DNA of 63,672 nt, filler included, from Choristocarpus tenellus KU-1152 (Eukaryota > Protista > Phaeophyceae), in NCBI GenBank assembly GCA_964200185.2. It is 13 parts of 13 records of this genome, joined end to end, with 100 filler letters (N's around TTAATTAATTAA, not from the genome) between each part and the next. Parts side by side here need not be neighbours in the genome. Positions count along the whole stretch, not along the records: positions 7,603 to 13,490 come from CAXNAD020009500.1; positions 13,591 to 17,529 come from CAXNAD020017033.1; positions 17,630 to 21,675 come from CAXNAD020016499.1; positions 21,776 to 30,466 come from CAXNAD020004440.1; 9 more parts are not named here. One strand, 5' to 3'. The notes beneath the pieces were generated by a model that did not search any database, had not been told where the DNA came from, and saw only the letters and a program-made list of their open reading frames with translations. Positions 12,164 through 24,452 of this stretch are shown here, piece after piece (position 1 is the stretch's first letter; every line of letters starts with the position of its first letter). The position numbers were made by a program, and so were the translations under genes.

Positions 12164-13661
12164 CTGAACGTCCATCCACATCACATCACATCACATCACA
12201 TCACATCACATCACATCACACCAAACAACCATATTCCAAGACAGATGGGGAAGTTAATACAGGACACAAATCACACACAAGACTCAGTAAAAAATGAATC
12301 AAACCAAGAACAACAGTGAGTTTGAAATAATAATAATAATAATAGTAATAATAATAAACTAGGCATACCTACAAGTAGTTTAGAGGTACTACCACAAACT
12401 AGGGAAACTTGGGAGGGGCAACCTACCTGGCAGGGCCTCCTGAGGGGAAAGGCAAGGACAAAATCATTTTCACACACTTCACTCTTTCCTCATTCCTCAA
12501 TCAGGACACCAACTCTCAAAAGCTATTTGTACCCCTCCCCCACCCCCCCACGCCCCCTGCTTCTTCTCTACTTGATTGGGTCACTATCATATCAGGCGCA
12601 GTACTCTGTATCAGGCGTTTTTCTCTTCTGTACTACAACAGAAGAGAAAAAAAAACAGTGTTACCTACCGTTGTGGAGCTATTGATAGTTACCCAGAGTT
12701 GAGAGCATCAACACACCCGGAAACCCTTCAGTTACACAGAGACAAAGACAATCTACATTATACCTTCAAATATCCACAGTTGTCAATCTACATTATACCT
12801 TCAAATGTCCACAGTTTGCACACGCTTCAAAATATTAACTATACACCATTCAAAGAGATCCCAGATGGTGGGTCTATCAGATCAATAACTATAACTCAAC
12901 ACACGTCACACTCAGCCAATCGATTAACTGTATATTCTCTGACCAATCAATTAACTGTACATTCTCTGACCAACCAATGACCAACTGAGAAGAGGAAAGT
13001 GGAGAGAGTCAACACAGGCAGGTAGAAAAATATATATACAGAAAAAACAAACACCATTACTACCATTACTGCAATTACTACAATTACAAACACCATTACA
13101 AACACGATATCATAGCAATGAACGCCAAGCACATACAACAACCAAGCACATACAACAACCATGCCTCCAAAACTCTTTACCAGCCTCATCACAAAAGACA
13201 ACCAGAGGAGAAATCTGATACTGGTACTTTACTTGCCATGACTGGTCAAAAAGAGCGATAAAAGCTGTACCAGATTTAACAAAAGCTACACCAGATTTAA
13301 CAAAAGCTATACCAGATTCACCACAGTGCAGGCTTCATCGACTCCACTTCAAGGGTGATCCCAACTACCAACAAAAAAGACATAACCCTCCCGCCCCACC
13401 CCTCTGCACAACCAAAACATTAACAAAAAAAATAATAAAAACAAAAACAACAAAAAAATAACTTGTTGCTACCTCAGAGATCGGAAGAACNNNNNNNNNN
13501 NNNNNNNNNNNNNNNNNNNNNNNNNNNNNNNNNNTTAATTAATTAANNNNNNNNNNNNNNNNNNNNNNNNNNNNNNNNNNNNNNNNNNNNCCCCCCCCCC
13601 ACCCCCCCCCCCCCACATGAACAACAAAAAAGAGTTCCAGTTCAAATTCTACTACACACAC

Positions 13662-15278
13662 CTCGTTGTCACTGACAATATCCAGGTTACAGCCTCTCTG
13701 TGCCAGAAGCTCCAGGATCACCACTTCAGACGCCCGTGCTGCCTGGTGCGCCGGTGTGCAACCTTTAGATGGGCACACAGAGTTAGGGTTAGGGTGGTCT
13801 GATTGATGGGAAACAACTAGAGCAGGAAGGCGGTCTCGGTCTGTACCTCAACATCGGAGTGCTGATTCTTATATGCCTACAGAAGAGAAATAAACGTTTG
13901 AATTCATGACCCAGCCACAAGGAAAAAAAAATTCAAACCCTTATACATTGAACGCCCCCCATTTACGCCACAACCCAAGTTATACAAAAGTAGCGTATAA
14001 AAGTGCTCAAGAAAGTAAGAAAAAAAATTCAAACCCTTATACATTGAACGCCCCCCATTTACGCCAACCCAAGTTATACAAAAGTAGAGTACAAAAGTGC
14101 TCAAGAAGGTAAGGAAAAAAAATCAAACCCTTACACATTGAATGCCCACATTTACGCCAACCCAAGTTATACAAAAAAAGAGTTCAAAAGTGCTCAAGCA
14201 AGTGCTCAACAAATGTTTGGGGGGGTGCTGCCTGGCGCAGCGAGAGGAGGATAACAAGAAAAAAAAAAGAACTGGACAGGGAAAAGGACAACCCAGATAT
14301 CTGCTGTGTAGAGAAGGGGGGGATTTCAAAGAACAAGCACTTTGACGGTCATAGCGAGCAAGAAACCACAGCACACTCTACTTAGGGCTTGCTACTGTTT
14401 ACAGATAGCAACCCCAGAGGGGAGGGGCAGATGACACAGGAACTGGCACGATGATCCAAGAAAAGAAAAAAAAAAAACTCAAGGTGAAAAATTTGCATCC
14501 ACCAAACCTTGCCAGGAGTATATCACCACTGTCTGAGCTATTCGTAGGAGACAGTGAACTAACGCTTACCTCTGTGAGTGTCCTACACACCACGATTCAA
14601 TACCTGCACATGAACAAATAAATAAATACATAAATATATATTCACACCACTACAAATTTACAAAAAGGTATACCTTCCTCTAGCACAAAAAGCAGTCACC
14701 AGTCCTAGAGACAAGCATTCAAGGACCAACACACCACCATAGCAGCGCCTGCGAACTCTGCACTCTTACAAATTTCACCACATCTAAACGCCATCAGCAT
14801 TGCTGTTGTCGTATCTGACAAGTACGTGAGCACACTGTAAGGGTAGTGGTATCGACCCCAGCGATAGCACCCACCTTACACCTTTATCCCTCCTCTTACC
14901 TTCAACACCGTACTGTTGTTATTGTAACGCCTCCTTATCCCATCCCACTGCAGCAACACACTTTACTGCATTGCTAATACTTTTTAATACATTGCTAATA
15001 CTTTTTAATACATTGCAAAGTCCCACCACAGTACCTGCTACGGCCCAGCACTGAATCTTTACAACACTATACTATTTCATATCCCTCTGCTCCTCTCAAA
15101 GCCTCACGCTACTGCCATACTACATTTACCTTCAAACTCACCACAACATAAACCAGTCTGCAGAGAGAGAGAGGGGGGTGGGGTGGGGTGGGGTGNNNNN
15201 NNNNNCCCCCCCCCCCCCCACAACCCCCCCCCCACCCCCACAACAACTCTTCCCCCAAAACCCACACAAAAAAAAAGA

Positions 15279-15342
<64 letters not shown>

Positions 15343-15539
15343 GAAGACAGAAAAAAGCACTTACCATGGTCATCTGGGTTGGCCCAATTGACATCTGCTC
15401 CATGAGCCAGACACCAAATGACATCATCCATGTCCCCAGCCTTGCAGGCATCAAACAGTCTTCTCGAAGCCCTCTCCACGGCCTCCGGACTACATTTTCC
15501 ATGTTCATTTTTCACATATTTGCATTTAGCTATTAACGA
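13662..15539 (-). CDS. Ankyrin-repeat protein, partial (resembles the ArfGAP-ANK region of ACAP-type proteins)
   Basis: Exons 15365-15539 and 13662-13762 splice in phase 1 to give ..KCKYV..LFDACKAGDMDDVIWCLAHGADVNWANPDDHGCTPAHQAARASEVVILELLAQRGCNLD. LAHGADVNW is typical of ACAP ankyrin repeats. The ArfGAP zinc finger itself is not visible. Confidence 0.75.
13920..14200. repeat. Minisatellite, 3 copies of a ~95-bp unit (intronic)
   Basis: The unit AAAAATTCAAACCCTTATACATTGAACGCCCCCCATTTACGCC..CCCAAGTTATACAAAAG..AAAAGTGCTCAAG occurs three times. Confidence 0.9.
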
Positions 15540-16534
15540 CTAGTGAGAATCACAGCAAGATACGTACATACACTGCAGATAAAAAGACGCCTCATTGCGG
15601 TTGTCGAAGAGACAAAAGAGGGTACGTGCGAGCGCAAGCATGGAACACAAAAAAGGTACACACACGTTCGATGAGCGGGTTGAACATACAAGACAAGAGT
15701 AACAAAACTCCCCAACACCAACTACAACAACAGAACACAAGAAAATCACCTCTTGTCCAGGGGGGGAGAGAGGAAAGCACCGTGCTGATACTTGGAACGG
15801 ATAAACGCCTCCCTGGAAGCACGGTCTGCCTCTGGGCCAATCACATACTTCTCACTGATCGAGCGGTCCGCCTCCCACACCTCCACAAAAATAAGTGAAA
15901 TGGACATTGCTATGAGGTCAGGAAGAGTCTAAGCATGGCAATAGGGACTCAGGGATAAATAAATAGAGCGACAACCTGGAGTAAAAAAACAATGAGAGAG
16001 GCATTCAACAGAGGCCACTACACCAAATGATACAGCACAGATTCAATCTCCGGTGGAAAATCACTCGAGCTCTTACTTCCTCGATTCTTTTTCGCTGTGC
16101 TCATCGTTCACTTGCAGGGCAGAGGCTGTAAATACAAAAAAAAAGGCAGGCATCAGATTCTATAAATCACTTGCTTATTTTTGGAGGTCTTGCAAAAACC
16201 TCAACACAAGGATACCCCAAACACCTAAGAAAAAAAAAAGATGACTTAGTCCGTAAAAAAAAATCTGATGCCCCCCCCCCAAAAAAAAATTCAGCAAAAA
16301 TCCGATAAAATCTCGTGCATCCACACCCCAACATACGACCCACCCGCAGACTGTTTGGACTCACACTGAAGAGAGCAAGAGAAAATTATCAACCTTAACC
16401 CTAACCCTAATACCAACCCTAACAACAAAATCCGCCAACCAACCAATTTCTCACAGCTACAATCGCCGATTCTACTTATTTTCCAACATTTCTCAACAAA
16501 AATATCAACATCTCTTGTAATGATGGAGAGGCGC

Positions 16535-16581
<47 letters not shown>

Positions 16582-17414
16582 AGCAGGTGAAAGTCACCTC
16601 AACAAACCTGTTGTGTCCATAGAGTGCTATCGTGCCGAAACAACCATGAACCCAACAAGAGCACCATAGCCTTACGTTGATGGTAAACAATCATCTCAAC
16701 CAGCGAGTCAATAATGAACAACAACGGTGGTGGCTGTTCACACAACAGGCAGCAATGGTGTAACACCAACACCTCACCGCCCCGATCGATAACTAACCCT
16801 AACCCTAACCATCAAATGTAAAAACCAATTAGCTACGCTCCATCACACCATCCACGATCACGTAAAGATGAACCATCACACCTTCAGGATGATCAAATCA
16901 TCCAACGACAAAACGCCCTCTGCAGATCACACCATCCTAGGAACCAACCAACCGCCCAGAGGCAACCCACAACACCTATCTCGAGAGCAAGGGAGGGAGG
17001 AGACAAGTCTACATAGACAAGAAACAAGAAACGAAGAAGACAGATTGCCAGGTGCAGCACAACTAGTCCCCCCCCCATAACCCACCCCCCTGTCAAAACC
17101 CTCCAACTTGAGGATGATAAAGATATTACAGCAACCCAGTTAATGACCCTGGACAGGCAATGAATCCCACTCAAACAAGGAAAAGATCATGCCACAGCTA
17201 CCAACTCACAGAGTTCGCCCTGTTGTTCCCTACTCTCTCCAAGAGCCCCACCAGTGTGGGTGTCCACCTGTCCAGTGTGAGAGATCGAACCTGCAGGCAT
17301 TAACAGAGAGTACCCCCACCCCACCCCACCCCCCAAAAAAATGATATCATTAAAATGTGTGTTTGTGTGGGGGCAATGTGATGCACAAGATTACAGGATG
17401 CCAGATTATTTTTT

Positions 17415-17445
<31 letters not shown>

Positions 17446-18392
17446 GAGGAGGAGGAGGATGAGAAGGATTTGAAATAGAGAGGCAAAACACGACTACCCA
17501 ACCTCAGCACTGCAGCAGCCCAACTACAANNNNNNNNNNNNNNNNNNNNNNNNNNNNNNNNNNNNNNNNNNNNTTAATTAATTAANNNNNNNNNNNNNNN
17601 NNNNNNNNNNNNNNNNNNNNNNNNNNNNNCACCCTCCTGCTCCGTTCAAGGGCCGCCTCCACCACATTGTGCCTCTCTGCGCTGTAGGAGACGATGGTGT
17701 CCCCAGCATTCGTGTACCTAGCGTGGGAGGGCAGTTCGTAAATTAGCCCTAACGTGGTATATTGTATTGTGCACGGATTCATCGTTTCGCAGTGTATGCA
17801 GTACGTTCCGATACAGGGCAACACGCTCTTTGTGTGTTTCTACGCTTAACGTACCGATTCGGGAAACAAACTCGAGGGATGGATTGACGCCCCTGAACCG
17901 TCACCCAGCTCGTTCTGTTGCTGTTTAACGATGTCCTACACCTTCTACAAAAAAAACAAACCAATCTCCTTTGAAGAAGGATGTGTGTACGTTATTAACG
18001 AACCTGTTAACGAGGAAGTGGAGGACCCTCATGGGGATGTCCGAGGTAACATCTTCGTATTCGACGTCCATCATAGATTCGAGTACCGGAGGAGATGCAT
18101 CACGCCCGTGGCCAAAGATGTCGTCGACGGTGACTCGCTCATTGTATGTGAACATTGTCCCATCGTTGTGCGCGAGAAGAAACATGTCCTGGTGGCCTTT
18201 GAGATGGTTATCTGTGCCTAATTGAGGGCGCCCCCCCCTCCTCGTCTTGTGTATTAGCATTAGGGGATAATCCTCCACAATCAAGCCCACCTTCGACGCA
18301 GTAAGAGCCTCTGAATGAAGAGAAGGCGGGAGGGAGCGCGTGAGTCCGACATGCGTCAAACGTGGCAGTGACATCACACAAGCAGTTATCGT

Positions 18393-18972
18393 AGGGATTC
18401 ATGAAATCTCGTACCACTAACATTATAATAGTACAATGAGTGTGGAATGCAAGGCAAATAACCAATGCAAAAATTGCAAACAATAGGAGATTAAGTAATA
18501 ATAGAAGTAAATATGGCAAAAAAATGTGGTAAAGACGAGTAACACCAGCATGCGAAAAGATGGACAATGAAACAAAGAAGTACGTAGTTGCCGGGGTGAA
18601 AGAGCAAGCGACACAAAGGAAGTGGGAGGTACGAAGGACATGAAACAACATGGGGAAAGTGAAAAAAAAAAATAGGAATGCACAGGGATTCATGAAATCT
18701 GGTACCACTAACATTATAATAGTACAATGAGTGTGGAACGCAAGGCAAATAACCAATGCAAAATTGCAAACAATAGGAGATTAAGTAATAATAGAAGTAA
18801 ATATGGCAAAAAAATGTGGTGAAGACGAGTAACACCAGCATGCGAAAAAATGGACAATTAAACAAGGAAGTACGTAGTTGCCGGGGGGAAAGAGCAAGTG
18901 ACACAAAAGGAAGTGGAAGGTACGAAGGACATGAAACAACAAGGGGAATGTGAAAAATATAGGAATACACAC
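18393..18972. repeat. Tandem duplication, 2 x ~291 bp
   Basis: AGGGATTCATGAAATCT.GTACCACTAACATTATAATAG begins at 18393 and at 18684; the units are near-identical. Confidence 0.92.
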
Positions 18973-20491
18973 GACCTAATCCGCATCTCCTGAAAGGTCG
19001 CACAATATTCGATCGGCACACGGACGGAATGATAACAGTCATGGTGGATTTCAATAGTCTCCCGCAATACACCCCGTACTTCAGCGCTGGCGAACTCTGC
19101 TACTCACCGTGTAGGCGGTGTAAGTGCACCTTCCACGGGTGGGGAAAAATGAGTGCGATGGTGCCCTGAGGATGCATCTTAGGCCGCAAGCACTGAAGCA
19201 TATCGCGCAGGTGTGTGTTGGTCACCTCTTCATCGATGAGGAGTCTTGGCTCGGCGGCAATGGACACTATGGCGAGCTTTAGCGCGTTGCGGAAGGCGAA
19301 ATCACCAAGTTTGTCTAAGGATACCGTGGGGTCGAGAGGGCGAAGGTCGTGTAGTGCAGTGTTCTCACTCCTGCTTGGACATAATGACACACGACACAGT
19401 AGACAGACAGCACGACAAGAAGGACGGCATAGTAAGCTACGGTGCAGGCAATCTTTTCGTTAAGTGAGTTCCTGATAATATTTCCACGGCATCTCCAAAA
19501 TGTCAGGCCGTACCCTCCACAACACCAGACTCATCAGATACATCTCGTGGAAGGAGGGTAGACGTCAAAACACCAAGTTCCATGGCTCATGGAACCCTCC
19601 AAAAAAGCGACACATCCAAGGTACAAAGGACGAGCAATCCACATGATGTACAAGCAGCCAAGACCTATGTGCAAACCAACGCGAAAACAAACACGCAGAA
19701 ACGACTTGTGTGTCTGTATAATGTGCAACAGCGCCGAGACCCATATGCACTTCTCCATGTCGGCCGTTTCACTGCGTGAGGGGGGACGTAAAAGGCTTTG
19801 CGTCATGGGTGACCCGCCCGCGCTCCTTGCGTGAGCCTTTCCCTTGCCCTTGCCCCTGCCCCGACCCGCCGCTTCGTTCCCCACCGATCCAGACCCTTCA
19901 CTGTCCTCCTGTGCCATGGGGCAATTGATACATAATCGATCCTTGTCCCTTTCATCGCCTACGATCTCTGCGTTGGCACATTCACCCATAAGCGTGATTG
20001 ATTACCTTGGGCACGAATACCTGTCGCGCATGTCATCGTACGAGAGCATTAAACAGATAATATAGCATTTTTCCAAATAAACAATTGGGCACAATAACAC
20101 AACGTGGGAATCCATGGTTATGAAGGATCACGAAATTGGCGGCGCAAAACAGTACAGGTGAGATACAACAGTCGGTGATGTACATGCATTATTAACACAC
20201 AATCGGACTGTGGTAAATAAAGAGACGTGGGGGTAGCGACCGCAGCGCTGTACACAGAGGGACCCCGCAACATTCCACCGGTTCAATGGCGTGCGCCGCT
20301 GAAAAGATACAACGTATCTATCCGTTCAGGGGATTGGATGGAGACCAATCTTACGCTATTAATTACACTCCGCCCTACGTGTGTACCGTTACAACTACAT
20401 TACTCACCAAGACGTGGGTGGAGGATTGCATTCAGTACAGCAAATGCCCGCGTTCCACCCTCCCTCTTCGTTTTGCATTTCTTCCGCACCA

Positions 20492-20750
20492 GAGCCGAAG
20501 TATATTAGAGGATAGAGCCGCGTCCATTTGGGAGCCAAAATCAAATGTTGCGATTTTGATGTAATCTTGGCTATCGTGTTTGTTAGGAAGTGTCAATATC
20601 CTTGTTGTGGACACACCTTTTCATAACGTATACATTTTACCTACTCCGAAATATTTTGGAGAGGGAAAATGTCATAAAGACACGCGAGGGAAGGCAAGCT
20701 CCAAATGGACAGACAGGGCAAAACTCGTACCCTCTAAGATACTTTCACTC
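20492..20750 (+). mobile_element. MITE family A, full copy with 4-bp TSD (ACCA)
   Basis: ACCA|GAGCCGAAGTATATTAGAGG...CCTCTAAGATACTTTCACTC|ACCA, 259 bp. Confidence 0.92.
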
Positions 20751-21274
20751 ACCAGGAACACTGCCAATAGAACCCCCTTCGCCCGCATCCTCCCTGTCTG
20801 GCAGTCCGTTCCCTCCGACGTCTTTGTCCCCTCCAACGTCTTCGTCCCCTCCCTCGTCTTCTTTCTCACTGTCATTTGATGCCGATCCAAAAGACCTCTC
20901 ATTTTCTGCGCCACCGCCATCACAGCCCCGCCCGCTGTGGACCTGGTGGAGGTTGACCCGGTTGAGTACATCCTGGTATTTACCATCCCTGGTGGTGAGG
21001 TAAGCGTGTAGAGACGAGTTCTTCTCGATAATCTAGTAGTGGAGACGGCGGAGGACGTTGTTGAGGAGAGGAGGGGACGATGGTGACGTAAAAAAATGGG
21101 AGAGTGTAATGTACGTACGATAGCATGTCAATCGGGCAGAGCAAACGATATGGTTGACGTGGTGAACGTGTTTAATGGAGGCGGCTTGTGGGGCGAAATA
21201 GTTTGAAACAAGTCAATGTCGAGGACACCAATAATATACATTTTTTTTCAGTGACGCGCGTATTGGAAGCAGAA

Positions 21275-21534
21275 GAGCCAAAGTATATTAGAAAATAGAG
21301 CTTCGTCCAATTGGGGGTCAAAAGACAATGTTGTGATTTTGATGTAATTTTGGCTATCGTGTTTGTTAGGAAGTGTCAATATCTATGTTTCGGACACACC
21401 TTCCATAATGTACACATTTATCTTACTCCGAAGCATAGATATTGACGGAAAATGTCGTACGAAAACCTATAGGAAGCCAATCCCCGCAAATAATGAACAA
21501 ATAGGGAAAAATTCCTACCCTCTAAGTTTCACTC
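21275..21534 (+). mobile_element. MITE family A, diverged full copy with 4-bp TSD (AGAA)
   Basis: AGAA|GAGCCAAAGTATATTAG...TACCCTCTAAGTTTCACTC|AGAA. Confidence 0.88.
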
Positions 21535-21775
21535 AGAAACGAGGTGGAGATTGACCAAGATCGTTTTCTACCGTGGATGAAAACGATTTGCTATTCCCGC
21601 TATTAGCAACGAAAGACTAGAACTGACAAAACAGCAAAGTTTGTAGTATGGAAGGCAACCTTGTCGCCACAGAATNNNNNNNNNNNNNNNNNNNNNNNNN
21701 NNNNNNNNNNNNNNNNNNNTTAATTAATTAANNNNNNNNNNNNNNNNNNNNNNNNNNNNNNNNNNNNNNNNNNNN

Positions 21776-21796
21776 CCCCCACAGATACTTTGGGTC
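21776..21796. mobile_element. MITE family B terminus at contig start
   Basis: CCCCCACAGATACTTTGGGTC matches the family B end. Confidence 0.6.
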
Positions 21797-23608
21797 TTAT
21801 GTAACCCTAATCTAGCACACAAACCCTGTTCCTTCTTCCCCCACATCACATGCTTGACAATCTCTCTATTTGTCCCCATTATCTATAATGTATGAGTGGA
21901 TCTGGAGAAAGCGGTGCAAGCCTGCAGTACCTTCAAACTCACCACCCCTGAACAGGTTGATGCGAGAAGTACTGAATGCCATACATAGTGTGTATGTGCG
22001 AGGTTATCTGATTTTTGAGCCACTTTGATATAATAGGGAGAAATGTGCCCAGTACTCTAAGAGTGCGAACAGGCAGCCCAGAGGGTTTTGGTGGAAGCAG
22101 GTCCTGACAAATTGTCTCTACCCCATAACCAAAACACTTCCAGGATTCAAAATAATTATTATGAAGACATTGTTGTAGGCAAGTGGAGTTAGAAGTTTGA
22201 GCCATTATGGAGGAGGATCACAAAGCACTTGAGGTAGAGAATAGTCCAGTGGTGGAACCAAGTCCACATCTACGTCTTGTCCATCATGAGCGGGGAGTCA
22301 AACCAATGGAGAAGTAGTTAACCCTCACTTGAATGACACAAAAAAAGGTTCATAAGACCTTCCCTTGCAATATGTAGTGGGAGCTCAGCTGCTGGAGGTA
22401 GGTGGAATATTGGAACACACGCACGGTCAGGGAGCACATGGAGGATAGTGCCCCTATATGCGTAAGTTCATGTTCTCAAAGTTGAAGGAGGTGGGATCCC
22501 AACAATTGATATATGGACAGTGGAGCTTGTAATAACCCCATCAATCAAGTGGTAGTGAGAAGGGAACTGAACATTTCCTTGCCTGCCCCAAATTGTCCAC
22601 CGTATTTTGCCATTCATGTTACACAACCACACTCAGAATTCCATGCTCTCAACAGCTGGGGATACTGCGACCTAAAAACGAACAACCCCAGGAACCCAGG
22701 TTATCATTTGTGTAGGTTGTGTGTGTGTGTGTGACTACACATCGTCACTGCGTCATTCTTCAGGTGGTATCCTTTTCGTTGCCTTTCTTGGAAGTCTCTC
22801 ATATGTCAACCTTCGCCAAGTTGTTGGAAAGGAAAACATGGACCTGTACGGATAAAAATTACAACACATTTTATGTTGAACACGAAATTTCATTCCGTGA
22901 TATCTCTTTCAGTCCCTTTTTCTCCAAGACATACATAAAATTACATGTCTAAAAAAGTCTTTGAGGCGTAGCCTCAAACTGTATGTAGTAGGGGGAAAAA
23001 TAGGATGGAAATGAAGAGTATATAATTGAAAATGCGTCATACGGAATCCCTCACTACTATGAGAACGTTTTTGCGTTGAGTAACCACTGCCCGTTTGGGA
23101 ACCATCCATCCTAGCTATTTGTGTGTTCAAACACAAGTATATAAATGAGTATATCACAAATTTCCACCCGATTTAACTTATGGTCATAATTCTCACTCAA
23201 GTGGAATATAATAATAATATATGAGAGGGCATAATAATAAAAATATATTGTGGTGTACGTTGATGTATAATTTTTCAATAAGATAGTTATACAGTCTTGA
23301 AATTAAAATCAATCAACCATTTAATCAATGATGGAGAGAAGTCTTGACAGGTTATGGAACAGCTGCTCAAATTTCAAAGTTTCATGTTCAAGCGATGATA
23401 TCTGCATTTTAATTGGCCTAATATCCGTTCTATATATTTCATTGGCCATTACCCTAAGCGGAGCACAAACCGACACTTCGGGAATCTTACCCTTTCACCT
23501 CTTCCACTTCCCCCCCTATCCGTCTCCCACCACTACTCACTGCCAATCCAGGAAGACACTTCAAGAATCCACTCACATTAAGCGCTGTCCAGCAACATCA
23601 ACGCTAAG

Positions 23609-24382
23609 ATGCCGACCTACTCTGAGGTGAGAGTTTTGTTGGTGGACTTTAGAATGCTCATCTTCAAAATATTTGCACTTTGTGTTAATCCGAAACGCAT
23701 GACTTCTTTAATGCCAGGTTCGTTTTACCAACCTATCGTAATGCGGCCTATCCTTACGCCTTACCACCCACATACACGCCCTCATGCCTTCCGAGCAGAT
23801 GGTTGTTGAGTCCATTATCGCACTGAAGGAGCGCACAGGTTCCAGTGTTCAGGCGATCAAAAAGCACATGACCACGATTCACGCGGATCTTTCCTTCTCT
23901 CCTCATCAACTCCGTAGCGCCCTAAGGAAAGGCGTTGAGTCCAAAAAACTAATCAAGGTACTTTTTTGTGGCTTCCTTTCAATTGTAATTATATGTCGAG
24001 CAATTATTGAACATACCCCACTTAATTCATTCGTCGCTTGCCTATCTTGGATGTTGGCTCACAGATCAAGGCTTCGTACAAGCTCACACCTGCAGCAAAG
24101 ACTGCCGCGCTCAAGCCCCCCAAGAAAGTGGCTCCGAAGAAGGTTGTAGCGAAAAAGGTGGCACCTAAGCCTCCTGCCAAGAAGCAAGCTCCTAAGAAGA
24201 AGACAGTGGCGCCTAAAAAGAAAGTAGTCAGCACACCAAAGAAGACGGCAGTTAAGAAGAAGACTGTGACCAAGAAGAAGACTGTGACCAAGAAGCCCAC
24301 AACCCCAAAGAAAGTCACCCCCAAGAAGAAGGCGACCCCGAAGAAGAAGACTGTGACCAAGAAGAAGACATCAAAGAAATAA
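23609..24382 (+). CDS. H1: Linker histone H1, 3 exons (23609-23626, 23799-23957, 24065-24382), 164 aa
   Basis: Spliced product [30 protein letters not shown]...LRKGVESKKLIK-IKASYKL is a winged-helix H15 domain, followed by a K/P/A/T-rich tail with TPKK motifs. Both introns are GT-AG, phase 0. Confidence 0.94.
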
Positions 24383-24435
24383 TCGGTCGTGCGTTATATG
24401 GGCGAATGATAATTAACAGCAAGACTCCCAAACCT

Positions 24436-24452
24436 GGTGTTTCGTCAACACC
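24436..24452 (+). promoter_or_regulatory. Histone 3' stem-loop of H1 (variant with 5-nt loop)
   Basis: CCCAAACCT-GGTGTT-TCGTC-AACACC-ACCA, about 54 nt after the stop. Confidence 0.75.

Larger units (their letters stand above)
17630..21090 (-). pseudogene. Decayed multi-exon gene with Cys clusters and an acidic/Gly-rich N-terminal part, possibly transposon-encoded
   Basis: A chain of same-strand coding-like segments (20405-21090, 19534-20020, 19100-19390, 17925-18311, 17630-17945) carries CCTEC, CINCP and CIGTYCIHC. It has in-frame stops, a frameshift near 19985 and a MITE insertion in an exon. No family recognised. Confidence 0.45.
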
